Positions 21,848 to 30,534 of a stretch of 32,000 bases of DNA are shown here, one piece after another (within the stretch, counting starts at the first letter, position 1; every line of letters begins with the position of its first letter). The position numbers and the translations under genes were made by a program. The DNA lies in the NCBI GenBank assembly GCA_016205145.1, contig JACQJH010000001.1:450001-482000 (forward strand). Direction: 5' to 3'. A model generated the notes under the pieces. It worked only from the letters and a program-made list of their open reading frames with translations, was not told the origin of the DNA and did not search any database. This DNA comes from Candidatus Iainarchaeum sp. (GTDB lineage: Archaea > Iainarchaeota > Iainarchaeia > Iainarchaeales > JACQJH01).

Positions 21848-22514
21848 AAAACCGGTGATTTGGATGGCTGAACTGGCTGGGCAAAAAATCCGCGGGTTTT
21901 TGCGGCGGGTTGAAAAGGAAATCGCAAATGCAAAGAACGCCGAACTCGAATTCTGGAAACTCCTCGACGAGGCGGAAAAGCTTTGTGAAGGCATTCAGAA
22001 TGCAAGCGAAGGCGCGGTTGAGCAGAATGTTGTCGTGGAAGGATTGCTGTCCGTCGGAAAAGGCTCGGTTGTCAAGGCCGGCTCGCGCATCGAAGGCGAT
22101 GTTTTCATTGGCGGGAACTGCGTGATCGGGCCGAACGCGTACCTGCGCAAGTCTGTCGTAATCGGCGACAACTGCCATGTCGCAAACTCTGAAATAAAAA
22201 ATTCTGTCATACTGCATGATTCGAACGTCCCGCATTACTCTTACGTCGGCGACTCCGTAATTGGCGCGAACGTGAATCTCGGAGCGGGAACAAAGATTGC
22301 GAATCTGCGCTTTGACGACAAGAACATTTTCGTTGCGGTTGCCGGCAAAAAAACCGATTCCGGCAGGCGCAAGCTCGGCTGCCTCATAGGCAACAATTCG
22401 AAGCTTGGCATAAATTCCAGCGTCAACTGCGGCGTCATAATCGGCAACGGCTGTTTTGTCCGGCCGGGGAAAGTTGTGGAAAAGAACCTTGAAGATGGGG
22501 CAAAACTTGATTGA
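21831..22514 (+). CDS. left-handed beta-helix (hexapeptide) acyltransferase, GlmU C-terminal-domain-like, without a nucleotidyltransferase domain
   Basis: A 60-aa helical N-terminus is followed by hexapeptide repeats (IGGNCVIGPNAYL...IGDNCHVANSEIKNSVI...IGANVNLGAGTKIANL). It overlaps the glmM end by 17 nt. Confidence 0.75.
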   Translation: MKSAREKPVIWMAELAGQKIRGFLRRVEKEIANAKNAELEFWKLLDEAEKLCEGIQNASEGAVEQNVVVEGLLSVGKGSVVKAGSRIEGDVFIGGNCVIGPNAYLRKSVVIGDNCHVANSEIKNSVILHDSNVPHYSYVGDSVIGANVNLGAGTKIANLRFDDKNIFVAVAGKKTDSGRRKLGCLIGNNSKLGINSSVNCGVIIGNGCFVRPGKVVEKNLEDGAKLD

Positions 22515-22526
22515 TTTTTTCGCGCC

Positions 22527-22871
22527 TCATCTTGTCTTGTATCCGAATTTCCGGCTGTATTTTTTGTGGTCGTACCACTCCAAAATGATGCTTACAACAA
22601 TTATTTCGTCCCTTGCCACTGAATAAATCAGCTGCCATCCTTTCGGCAGATTGTATTTCCAGCAGTTGTCTATTCCGTATTTCCTGAAATATTCCTTCGG
22701 AACCTGTTTTTTCGGCACCTGTATTCCTGAAAACGCGTTTTCCCGGATGTTTTCAAATGCCTTTTCCAAAAATCCGCTGAGCGCAAGGTCTTCAGTTGTC
22801 GAATGCCCCAATTCTTGGAATGCTATTTTTATTTTTTCATCCGCAAACCTGATTTTTGACGCAAGTTTCAT
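22527..22871 (-). CDS. RelE/ParE-superfamily-like toxin (archaeal type)
   Basis: 114 aa. The C-terminal pattern YGIDNCWKYNLPKGWQLIYSV...IIVVSIILEWYDHKKY resembles archaeal RelE-like toxins. An ATGA overlap joins it to the upstream small gene. Confidence 0.55.
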   Translation of the reverse strand: MKLASKIRFADEKIKIAFQELGHSTTEDLALSGFLEKAFENIRENAFSGIQVPKKQVPKEYFRKYGIDNCWKYNLPKGWQLIYSVARDEIIVVSIILEWYDHKKYSRKFGYKTR

Positions 22872-23164
22872 TTTTTGTTTCCCCAGCCAAGGCTTTCCAT
22901 GGCGAGGTATTTTCTGGCAAGCGCCGGATTATAAATCCAGGCTATTTTTCGTTCCTTGTCGAGGGCAATCTTTCCCGAGTCCAGAAGATAGCCGATGGTG
23001 GTGCAGTATGTCTGGTACATCATTTTTTTCGGCAGTTTTTCCCACAGCATTCTTTTCCTGAATTCGCCTGAATGCGCTTTTATGACTTTTTCGACCATTA
23101 AGACCGTGTCCAATCGGGGATAGCGCGTGATTTGAACGGTTTCCGAAGCCACAAAAAGCACCAA
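22868..23164 (-). CDS. putative antitoxin / small winged-helix-like partner
   Basis: 98 aa, 4-nt overlap with the toxin gene, and a palindromic operator immediately upstream. TTG 23164 or GTG 23161 is the start. Confidence 0.5.
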   Translation of the reverse strand: MVLFVASETVQITRYPRLDTVLMVEKVIKAHSGEFRKRMLWEKLPKKMMYQTYCTTIGYLLDSGKIALDKERKIAWIYNPALARKYLAMESLGWGNKK

Positions 23165-23170
23165 TCCTTG

Positions 23171-23188
23171 TTATATCAGTTGATATAA
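23171..23188. promoter_or_regulatory. perfect palindrome TTATATCA-gt-TGATATAA upstream of the TA pair
   Basis: 8-bp arms, 7-24 nt upstream of the antitoxin start, and TATA-like. This is the typical position for TA autoregulation or a leaderless promoter. Confidence 0.5.
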
Positions 23189-23278
23189 TAAGTATTTTAA
23201 ACCGTTTCTCCTGGCGCCCGTGTGTAAGTGGGCGGAATGCGATGCGTTTGCGAAGGTGCCTGCAAACGGCTGTTCCGG

Positions 23279-26200
23279 TCAGTAGATTATTTCCTTGCCT
23301 TTCATCGCGTCCAGGAAAATCGTGCGGTTCTTTCCGTCATAGCTTTTCAGCCTTCCCTCGTATGCCGGCATGTAAACGGTTTCGATTTTTTTGACGACGA
23401 TCTTGCTCCACAGCCTTTTCAACGATTCCGCCGCCTGTTCCTTTGAAACGCGCGGGGCCTCGATTGCCACGGATTCCTGCTGTTTCAATGGCAGGCCGTG
23501 CAGCGAATTCATTATGGGGTGCAGCGGGTTTGCGGGCAAATCAACGCTCTCGTTTAGCCTGAAGGAAGTTTCATTGTTCGCGGTTTCAATTTTGATTATG
23601 TTCTTGTCCGCGAGGCTTTTCAGCAGCCTCCTGAGCCTGGCCTCGTCCATGCCGGTTTTCTGCATCAATGCTTCCAGGCCGGCCTTATCCTTTTTGAGAG
23701 CGTTGAAGAGAATCGCCTCGTTTTCGTTCAGCTGCGAAAATTCCTTGAATCCGCGTGACTCCAAAAACTCGTTTCCGGCATAGTGCAGGAATTCGCCGCT
23801 CAGGGAATTGACGTATGCCTCGCCGACATTGAAAATTTCCTTGGAGCCGAAATAGTTGAATTTGAACGCGAAAACGGGAATGAATTTGAGGTAAACGCTT
23901 TCCAGCATCTCCTCCTTTCCGAAAAATCCCAAAAACTTTTTTTGCCGCATGGCATTGAACGCTTTTCTCGCGGCTTCCTCATTGACCTGCACCGGAAACG
24001 CGAGCAGTTCCGGCGGTTCCTGCACTCCGGCTGCGGTTTCAGGTTTCGGCGCCTCTTCCTTCAAAACCTTCTTTTCGATTTCCTCCGCCTTTCTTGTCGC
24101 CTCTTCGAGCTTTTTCTCCATTTCCTCTTCGTAGCCGGGCACGCTCACGGTCTGCTTTTCGGAGTCAAATTCTATTCCCTTGCGGTCGAGCTGTTCCATT
24201 ATGTCCGATGGTTCAATGTTCGCCTTGAACTTGTTGTTGACAGTGTTTATGATCTGGCGGATTTTTTCAAGCTCAATCACGCCTTCCTTTTCAATTTTGG
24301 CGAGGCACATTTCCAATGCAAGCTTTTTCGCCTTCTCCGGATCCAGGTCCTTCGACAGTTCTGCGGTTTCAGCTTCCCTGCCTTCGTGCTGTGACATTCT
24401 CGGCCTGACCCTCATTACGAACGCCCTGCTTGTCTCCTCGCGCCTGTCGCCGGTAAGCGCGGTTCCAACGGGAAGCGTTTTGATGAACGTGGGCTTCCTG
24501 AATTTTTTTGGAATCAGGGTGGGAGTCCTCTTGAAAACGGATTTTATGTCGTCGTCGAAGACAAGCTTGTGCGTCATTATTATGTCAAGCTGTGACAGCA
24601 CGTGCGAGTCGATTGCAGACGGCTGTTGTGTTGCGAAGACAAGCGAGCAGCCGGGCTGGCGGCCCTGCTTCACATATTCTATGAGCGAAGTTGTCGCAGG
24701 CGTCTTGACGTTTCCGCTCGGAATGAGCGTATGCGCCTCGTCTATGAACAGCCATGTCGGCGGAATCTCAAGCTCCATCATTTCATCCGCATCAACAGTC
24801 TTGTGCCTGCTAGCCGCCTCACGCCTTGTGGTTTTTTTGCGCGCTGCAAGAATGCGCCTGCCAAGAATGCCTATGACCAGCGCGGAAACATTGTCCTCAA
24901 GGAAAGAGGTGTCGATGATTGTGAGCTGGTTTTCCATGCTCAGTTCGCCCAGAGGTGTGCCCTTATCGGAGAAAACGCCCCAGTTTTTTGCGGCGTCAAA
25001 CCTTGAAACCAGCGCCCTGATAGAATCGGGCTTGTAGCCCTTGTCCGAGGAATGCAGTTCCTTGTCGTTTTCAAGGCAGTTTATCAGGTCGTCAAGCGTG
25101 TAATTGCCTTTTTTTCCCGCAATTTTCGGTCCTTCCTTCTGCTCGTAGCCGCTTCTCACCTTTGAAATGACCTTTTCTATGAGCAGGCCGCTCGGCGAAA
25201 ACCTTTCAATGCCGAATGTGAGGCACCAGTCGTCGGTTGAAAGCAATGAGGCGTGCATGGAAAACGTCGCGTCAAACGTTCCGCCCGGCACCTGGTCCTT
25301 GACTCCCGCAGGAATGAATACCTTGAGGTTGTCCAAACCCTGCGGTGTCAGATCCCATTTTGCAAGCATGCCAATTTCCCTTTCATCCTTGTTCGGGAAC
25401 CTCATCGACCAGAACACGCCGATGGGGTCTATCACGATTATGCCGACGTTCTTGTTTTTGTGCGCCAGCTCTTCCGCGAGAACGCCCAAAACGTAAGACT
25501 TTCCGGATCCGCGGGCACCGTTCACGAAAATGACGTGCGGGTTGAGGCTGTCCACCAATACATTGAAATCGTTGAGTTCGGAGTCCTGCACTTTTCCGAC
25601 AAACAGGCCGGCTTCCTCGCCGTACTTTTCAAACAACGACTTTTTCCTGCCGATGAACGCAATCTTTTTTTTCTCGTCAGACAATAAGCTGAGTTCGAAC
25701 CTGCCGCCTTCCTCGTCTCTCTCCTTCTCTTTCTCGGTTTTCGCCTCGACCGGGTTTGGCTTGTGCTGGTCGGAATAAATGTCCGCTTCGCGGATGCCGA
25801 CTTCCTTGTCGAACGGCAGGAGTTCATCCTTCTGCGCGTAAATGGATGCCTTCTCCAGAATGACGTCCTTTATCTGCTGCTTGTCCTCTTCCTCCAAGGC
25901 GATTTGTTCAAGCTCGTCGTTCATTTCAAGGTCGTCAGCTGCCTGCTTTTTGGCCTTGACTCCCGCCGCATCTAAATCCGTTTCCGCGCCTTTTCCCGCC
26001 CTGCCTTCGCCGGCAATGCCATTCCCGCTTTCCTTTGCCGCGGCGTTTTGGGCGGGTTTTTGTTTCGCCTGCCTTTTCCTTTTCACGCGCTTTTCATCGG
26101 GCGCCGCGCTTTCAATAACGGTTTCGTTTTCGAACCCGGCTTTTTCGGCCGGAACGCCTTTTCCTTTTTCCGCTGTTTCCGGCGCGTTTTCTTCTGTTAT

Positions 26201-26404
26201 GTTTTCGCCTTCTTCGCCCGCGCTTTTCGCCTTTTTTTCGGCTTTTTCCTTCAGTTCAATGGTCTTTTTCTTCCTTGCCTCGCGCGCCGCCTTGCGCTCG
26301 TTGCTTTCGCCCAAGACCTCGTCGAAAATGTCCTTGTCGTCCTCGACAAAAGAGGTCTCAATGACCTTCTCGTCATCGCTTTCGCTGGCTTCGGCTTCAG
26401 GCAT
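23279..26404 (-). CDS. 1041-aa FtsK/HerA-superfamily (DUF87-like) P-loop ATPase with an E/K-rich N-terminal disordered region and a C-terminal wHTH-containing extension
   Basis: Walker A VIFVNGARGSGKSY, Walker B WLFIDEAHTLIP, and SLVFATQQPSAIDSHVLSQLD plus VRPRMSQHEG typical of HerA-like ATPases. Residues 1-250 are low-complexity E/K/A. The C-terminus carries a wHTH-like stretch GLEALMQKTGMDEARLRRLLKSLADKNII. Confidence 0.8.
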   Translation of the reverse strand: MPEAEASESDDEKVIETSFVEDDKDIFDEVLGESNERKAAREARKKKTIELKEKAEKKAKSAGEEGENITEENAPETAEKGKGVPAEKAGFENETVIESAAPDEKRVKRKRQAKQKPAQNAAAKESGNGIAGEGRAGKGAETDLDAAGVKAKKQAADDLEMNDELEQIALEEEDKQQIKDVILEKASIYAQKDELLPFDKEVGIREADIYSDQHKPNPVEAKTEKEKERDEEGGRFELSLLSDEKKKIAFIGRKKSLFEKYGEEAGLFVGKVQDSELNDFNVLVDSLNPHVIFVNGARGSGKSYVLGVLAEELAHKNKNVGIIVIDPIGVFWSMRFPNKDEREIGMLAKWDLTPQGLDNLKVFIPAGVKDQVPGGTFDATFSMHASLLSTDDWCLTFGIERFSPSGLLIEKVISKVRSGYEQKEGPKIAGKKGNYTLDDLINCLENDKELHSSDKGYKPDSIRALVSRFDAAKNWGVFSDKGTPLGELSMENQLTIIDTSFLEDNVSALVIGILGRRILAARKKTTRREAASRHKTVDADEMMELEIPPTWLFIDEAHTLIPSGNVKTPATTSLIEYVKQGRQPGCSLVFATQQPSAIDSHVLSQLDIIMTHKLVFDDDIKSVFKRTPTLIPKKFRKPTFIKTLPVGTALTGDRREETSRAFVMRVRPRMSQHEGREAETAELSKDLDPEKAKKLALEMCLAKIEKEGVIELEKIRQIINTVNNKFKANIEPSDIMEQLDRKGIEFDSEKQTVSVPGYEEEMEKKLEEATRKAEEIEKKVLKEEAPKPETAAGVQEPPELLAFPVQVNEEAARKAFNAMRQKKFLGFFGKEEMLESVYLKFIPVFAFKFNYFGSKEIFNVGEAYVNSLSGEFLHYAGNEFLESRGFKEFSQLNENEAILFNALKKDKAGLEALMQKTGMDEARLRRLLKSLADKNIIKIETANNETSFRLNESVDLPANPLHPIMNSLHGLPLKQQESVAIEAPRVSKEQAAESLKRLWSKIVVKKIETVYMPAYEGRLKSYDGKNRTIFLDAMKGKEIIY

Positions 26405-26516
26405 GGAAAAACCAAGCTATATTGTGTGTTTTCATATATTTATGTTTTCTCTGCCGCGGCAAGAATTCTTAAATATTAGTTAAGGTTTTAGTAGGTGGGG
26501 TTGTCAAGGTAATTGA

Positions 26517-28394
26517 ATGTCCGCGTTTTCTTCTGATGAAACGGGCCAAGTCCCGGTAGCCTTGAAATTGCTCGCCGTGCTTGCCATCATCGCGTTCGTG
26601 CTTGCCCTTGTTTCATTGGGCCGGAACGGGCAGGCAAACCTTGCGGGCCGGTTTGCCGGAGCGCAAGCCGATTTTGGCGGAACATGCCTGTTCGGGGATT
26701 TTTTCTGCTTTTCCGGATCAGGCGGGGCGCAGGATTCATTCGAAGGGGATTCGGCTGTTTCCGGTTCAGGTTTCGATTATGCAAATGAGCCGGGCATGCC
26801 GGAAGCCGGCGGCGGTTTTTATGGCGGCTATGATTCCGGCGCGGCGCCGGAAGATTTTGGCGCCGGCCCGGAAACGGGTTCGGACCCTGATTATGGCGGC
26901 CAAAGAGGCGCGCCTTCCGGAAGCGGACTGCCGGAAATTTACGGTTCGGTCCAGCCGGCCGGCAGTTTTGGTGGCGTGAACGCCGGAAAAAGCGTTCTTG
27001 ACAGGGAAAGGCCGCCCGTCAGGATGCCAAAAAACCTGCCCCAGTCATCCGAAAAATCCGGTCCGAAAGCTGTTGCGGCCTCTTTTGAAAAGTATTCCTC
27101 GGACTATCCGCCAGAATGCAAAGAGCATTGCCCGTCGGTCACGGTTTTCTGTTTGCCGGAAGGCCAACTTGCGGATGAATGCGGTGAAGGCGCCACTGCC
27201 TGTGCGGATGAGGCTTCCTGTGAAATCAGCCTGCTTGATTCGGCCTGCGGGTCTGCGGGAATAAGCTCTGGAACATATCCTGCCGGTGAAATCGAGGATA
27301 TTTTGAACGATGCCAAGGAAAAGTCCGCGCCAGGGCCAGATGAGGCGGAGGACATTTGCACGCTGGAACACGAATTCAGGCACATCTGCGACCCTGATGA
27401 CAGGCCGCCCGGTTCCCGCCAGCAATGCACCGAAGTTTATGCCGAAGTCTACGAGGACAAGTGCATGAACGACTTTGCCGAGGCGAACTGCGGCGAAAAC
27501 CAGAATTGGACCGATGAGCAGTGCGGCGACCTTTGCGGCAGAATAGAGTACGGCAATTATGTGCGCAAGTGGGATGACTGCATGTGCCAGAATGCGGTTT
27601 CGGCAGAGGGCAAGTACAGCACCGGTTCAACCGGCTCATCCGACTGCTGTTCTTGCATAAGCCAGTGCACGGCCTATGGCGATAATATGGCGATGCCGCA
27701 GGCATGCATTGACAAGGGCTTTGTCAACCAGAAGGACGCCCAAAGCGCGTGCGCCGGCATTTCAAAAGCGGGAAGCGGCCACGGCTGCGACTATTGGAGC
27801 AGTGACGAGCACGACGAAGCCCAGATTTTCGGCCAGTGCGGCGGCCCCGGCATCTTTCTCGGCTGCTGTTCCGGTTACCCTTCCGGGCAAAACCCGTGGC
27901 CGGGAAACAAATGCGAAAGCTGTGACGCGCTTTTGGCATTGCAGGTTCCTGTCGGCGACGACGGAAAAACAGACTATGCCCTGCTTAAAACGCAGAGGCT
28001 TGAGGCGGTTGCAAAAGCCTGCAATGGCGCTCCCGCCAATTTCGATTCCGAGTTCAAAGACGGTTCCGATGGGCAGATATTGGAAGTTTGCGTGGTCTGC
28101 AACGACCCGTGCCGGCCCTGCTATCAGCAGGCGGGCGGAACAACATCTTCATGTTTTCCGAAAGGGCCTGCAGGCACTTGCGCCCCTGAAAAGGATGATG
28201 CCGCGCTTTTGGGCTTGATCAAAAACATTGCAAAGGGCAGCGGAGTCTGCGCAAATCCTTTGACGGCTTATATGACAAGCATGCAGGCCGGCCCGTACTG
28301 CGGCCAGGCGTGCTGTGCCGACTATAGCTGCCCACTCCCAGAATATGGCAACACCACTCCAGGCATTGCCGGATGCGTGCTCTGCGATAGTTAA
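26517..28394 (+). CDS. N-terminally anchored, extremely Cys-rich (44 Cys) surface protein
   Basis: A TM at residues ~14-34 is followed by a G/S/D/Y-rich linker, then a ~430-aa region with 42 Cys (CC, CxC, CxxC and CxxxC spacings). GGTGGGG lies upstream of the ATG. It is divergent from the HerA-like gene. Confidence 0.75.
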   Translation: MSAFSSDETGQVPVALKLLAVLAIIAFVLALVSLGRNGQANLAGRFAGAQADFGGTCLFGDFFCFSGSGGAQDSFEGDSAVSGSGFDYANEPGMPEAGGGFYGGYDSGAAPEDFGAGPETGSDPDYGGQRGAPSGSGLPEIYGSVQPAGSFGGVNAGKSVLDRERPPVRMPKNLPQSSEKSGPKAVAASFEKYSSDYPPECKEHCPSVTVFCLPEGQLADECGEGATACADEASCEISLLDSACGSAGISSGTYPAGEIEDILNDAKEKSAPGPDEAEDICTLEHEFRHICDPDDRPPGSRQQCTEVYAEVYEDKCMNDFAEANCGENQNWTDEQCGDLCGRIEYGNYVRKWDDCMCQNAVSAEGKYSTGSTGSSDCCSCISQCTAYGDNMAMPQACIDKGFVNQKDAQSACAGISKAGSGHGCDYWSSDEHDEAQIFGQCGGPGIFLGCCSGYPSGQNPWPGNKCESCDALLALQVPVGDDGKTDYALLKTQRLEAVAKACNGAPANFDSEFKDGSDGQILEVCVVCNDPCRPCYQQAGGTTSSCFPKGPAGTCAPEKDDAALLGLIKNIAKGSGVCANPLTAYMTSMQAGPYCGQACCADYSCPLPEYGNTTPGIAGCVLCDS

Positions 28395-28459
28395 GAAACC
28401 TGGCTGTGCGGCTTTGGCTTTTGGCAAGTTATCTTTAAATACTTTCCCGAAACCAATAT

Positions 28460-30157
28460 TTGCGAGAGTTATGCCAAGTGATTCACTTTGGGTTCGCGAG
28501 TGATTCTTCTTCTGTAAACCTGCATAGCTTTCAGCACGCAAAAAAAGGCTCAATCTGCCCAACATTCAAGACCGTCCAGACATCAAACAGTTTTGATGCA
28601 ACCGGGTTTTTCGCAAAACTCTCCGATTACGGCAGGAAGGAAAACTGCATTTTGTTTGAAAGCGCGGACATAGTCAAAAAGTACGGCGAGCACAGCATCG
28701 GCTCCTCTTCGCCCTGCCTGAAAGTTTCCGGAAAAGGCGCGAAATTCGGGATTCTTGCCCTCAATGCGACCGGCGAAAGGTTCCTGAAATTCCTCCACAC
28801 CCGCCTGGGCTTCTGTGACAGTGTCAAATTCGCTAAAACGAAAATCTCCGGCTCGCTCAAGCCGAAAGCGCAGGGCGTTTCCGAGGAGGAAAGGCTGAAG
28901 CTGAAAACGCACGCCGACATTCTGCGGCAGATTGCTTTCGCATTGAAGCCAGCCGGCTTGGCCGTGCCATTCCCTGCTTATGCCGGCTTGTTCGGCGCGA
29001 TTTCCTATGACTTCATAGACCAGTTCGAGTTCCTGCCGAAAAACAGGGCAGACCCGCTCAAGGACCCGGATTACGAACTGTTCTTCCTTGACAATTTGTT
29101 CCACTGCAACCATGCAAAAAAAACTCTCACTTTCGTGGCAAATGCCCTGCTCTTTGACGGCACGAAAAAAGAAATGGAAAATGAAAAAACGCGCTGCCTT
29201 GCGAAAATCGCGGAAATGGAAGCCGCGCTCGCAATGCCCCTGCCAAAAAAACGCAGGTTCAAAACGCGCGCCGGCAATGCGCAAAAAATGTCAACCGACT
29301 GCGCAAAAAAAGATTTCATCAAAACCGTTGAAAAGTGCAGGGAAAACATCCTGGCGGGCGACGTTTTCCAGATAGTGCCCAGCCGCACAAGCATCGTTCC
29401 CTATTCCGCCGAGCCGCTGGACATTTATTCCGAACTCAAAAAACTCAATCCCTCGCCTTACATGTTTTTCGTGAATGCGAAAAGCGGCATCCTGCTAGGA
29501 AGCTCGCCGGAAACGTTTTTGCGCGTGCAGGCAAAGAATGGCAAAGGCGGAAAGTATGAAAAATCCGTTGAAATCCGGCCGATTGCTGGAACGAGGCCGC
29601 GGGGCAAAACCGAAGCAGAGGACGCGGCCTTTGAAAAAGAACTCCTCTCCGATGAAAAGGAACTGGCCGAGCACACGATGCTGATCGACCTGGCGCGCAA
29701 CGACGTGGCACGCGTTTCGATTCCCGGCACAAGGCGCGTTGAAACTCCGTATCATGTCGAAAAGTATTCGCACGTCCAGCACATTGTTTCAAACGTTCTT
29801 GGCACATTGAAGCCGGAGCTTGACTGCCTGCACGCTTATCTTGCAAGCATGAACATGGGCACTTTGACAGGCGCGCCCAAGGTGAAGGCAATGGAGTTGT
29901 TGCGCCGTTATGAGAAGACAAAGCGCGGCTTTTACGGGGGAAGCGTTGCCTATATCACTCCATCAGGAGAGCTTGACTCCGCAATCGTCATCAGGAGCGC
30001 GAGGCTGAAAAACGGCAAGGCGTTTGTGCGCGCCGGCGCAGGCATTGTCTTCGATTCGGTGCCGGAAAAGGAATTCGATGAAACCGGGCGCAAGGCGCAG
30101 GCCTGCCTGAATGCAATCGAAAGCGCGAACAAAAAAGCCGGGGCGGCGGGAAAATGA
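28460..30157 (+). CDS. trpE: anthranilate synthase component I
   Basis: Contains ILFESAD, NPSPYMFF, SSPETFLRV, RPIAGTRPRG, AEHTMLIDLARNDV, GAPKVKAMELL and RGFYGGSVAYI. The start is uncertain: TTG 28460 or GTG 28478, with no ATG nearby. Confidence 0.9.
   Translation: MRELCQVIHFGFASDSSSVNLHSFQHAKKGSICPTFKTVQTSNSFDATGFFAKLSDYGRKENCILFESADIVKKYGEHSIGSSSPCLKVSGKGAKFGILALNATGERFLKFLHTRLGFCDSVKFAKTKISGSLKPKAQGVSEEERLKLKTHADILRQIAFALKPAGLAVPFPAYAGLFGAISYDFIDQFEFLPKNRADPLKDPDYELFFLDNLFHCNHAKKTLTFVANALLFDGTKKEMENEKTRCLAKIAEMEAALAMPLPKKRRFKTRAGNAQKMSTDCAKKDFIKTVEKCRENILAGDVFQIVPSRTSIVPYSAEPLDIYSELKKLNPSPYMFFVNAKSGILLGSSPETFLRVQAKNGKGGKYEKSVEIRPIAGTRPRGKTEAEDAAFEKELLSDEKELAEHTMLIDLARNDVARVSIPGTRRVETPYHVEKYSHVQHIVSNVLGTLKPELDCLHAYLASMNMGTLTGAPKVKAMELLRRYEKTKRGFYGGSVAYITPSGELDSAIVIRSARLKNGKAFVRAGAGIVFDSVPEKEFDETGRKAQACLNAIESANKKAGAAGK
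30142..30157 (+). repeat. 16-bp direct repeat GGCGGCGGGAAAATGA, left copy (trpE stop / doc start)
   Basis: Identical to 30653-30668. Both copies encode ...AAGK-stop and contain the overlapping ATG of the next ORF. Confidence 0.8.
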
Positions 30158-30534
30158 CTGCAATTATTAACCTGTCTTTTGATGAAGCTATGGCAGTTTA
30201 TGAGGAAGTCATGCTTGCAACGGATTCGAAACCGGCTGTCAGGATTTCCGGCACTTTGGAGCACATCCTGCTTTCATGCGAGAATTCGTTTAACGGCGAA
30301 AATGATGCCTTGTTTTTCAAGGCGGCTTTTTTGCTAAAGGAAATAATTTCAAAGCACCCTTTTATGGATGGAAACAAGCGCGGCGCTCTGGCCATAACCG
30401 ATGCTTTTCTGAGCCAAAACGGACAATTTTTGGAGTTTGAAAGGCAGGATGTGGCATTTTTGGAAGAAATAGACTTCAAAAAACTGCGGGTTGGCACGAT
30501 AAAAAAATTTTTGGAGAAAAAGGTGAAAGTCTAA
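30154..30534 (+). CDS. doc: Doc (death-on-curing) / Fic-fold toxin
   Basis: 126 aa. HPFMDGNKR (nt 30355-30381) matches the Doc motif HxFx(D/N)(A/G)NKR. The ATG overlaps the trpE stop (ATGA). Confidence 0.8.
   Translation: MTAIINLSFDEAMAVYEEVMLATDSKPAVRISGTLEHILLSCENSFNGENDALFFKAAFLLKEIISKHPFMDGNKRGALAITDAFLSQNGQFLEFERQDVAFLEEIDFKKLRVGTIKKFLEKKVKV

Noticed and set aside
25530-26483. Several plus-strand ORFs (82-213 aa) rich in S/F/L opposite the 5' part of the HerA-like gene
   Set aside because: They are the antisense reading of the E/K/A-rich low-complexity region (GAA/AAG repeats read as TTC/CTT). They are not independent genes.
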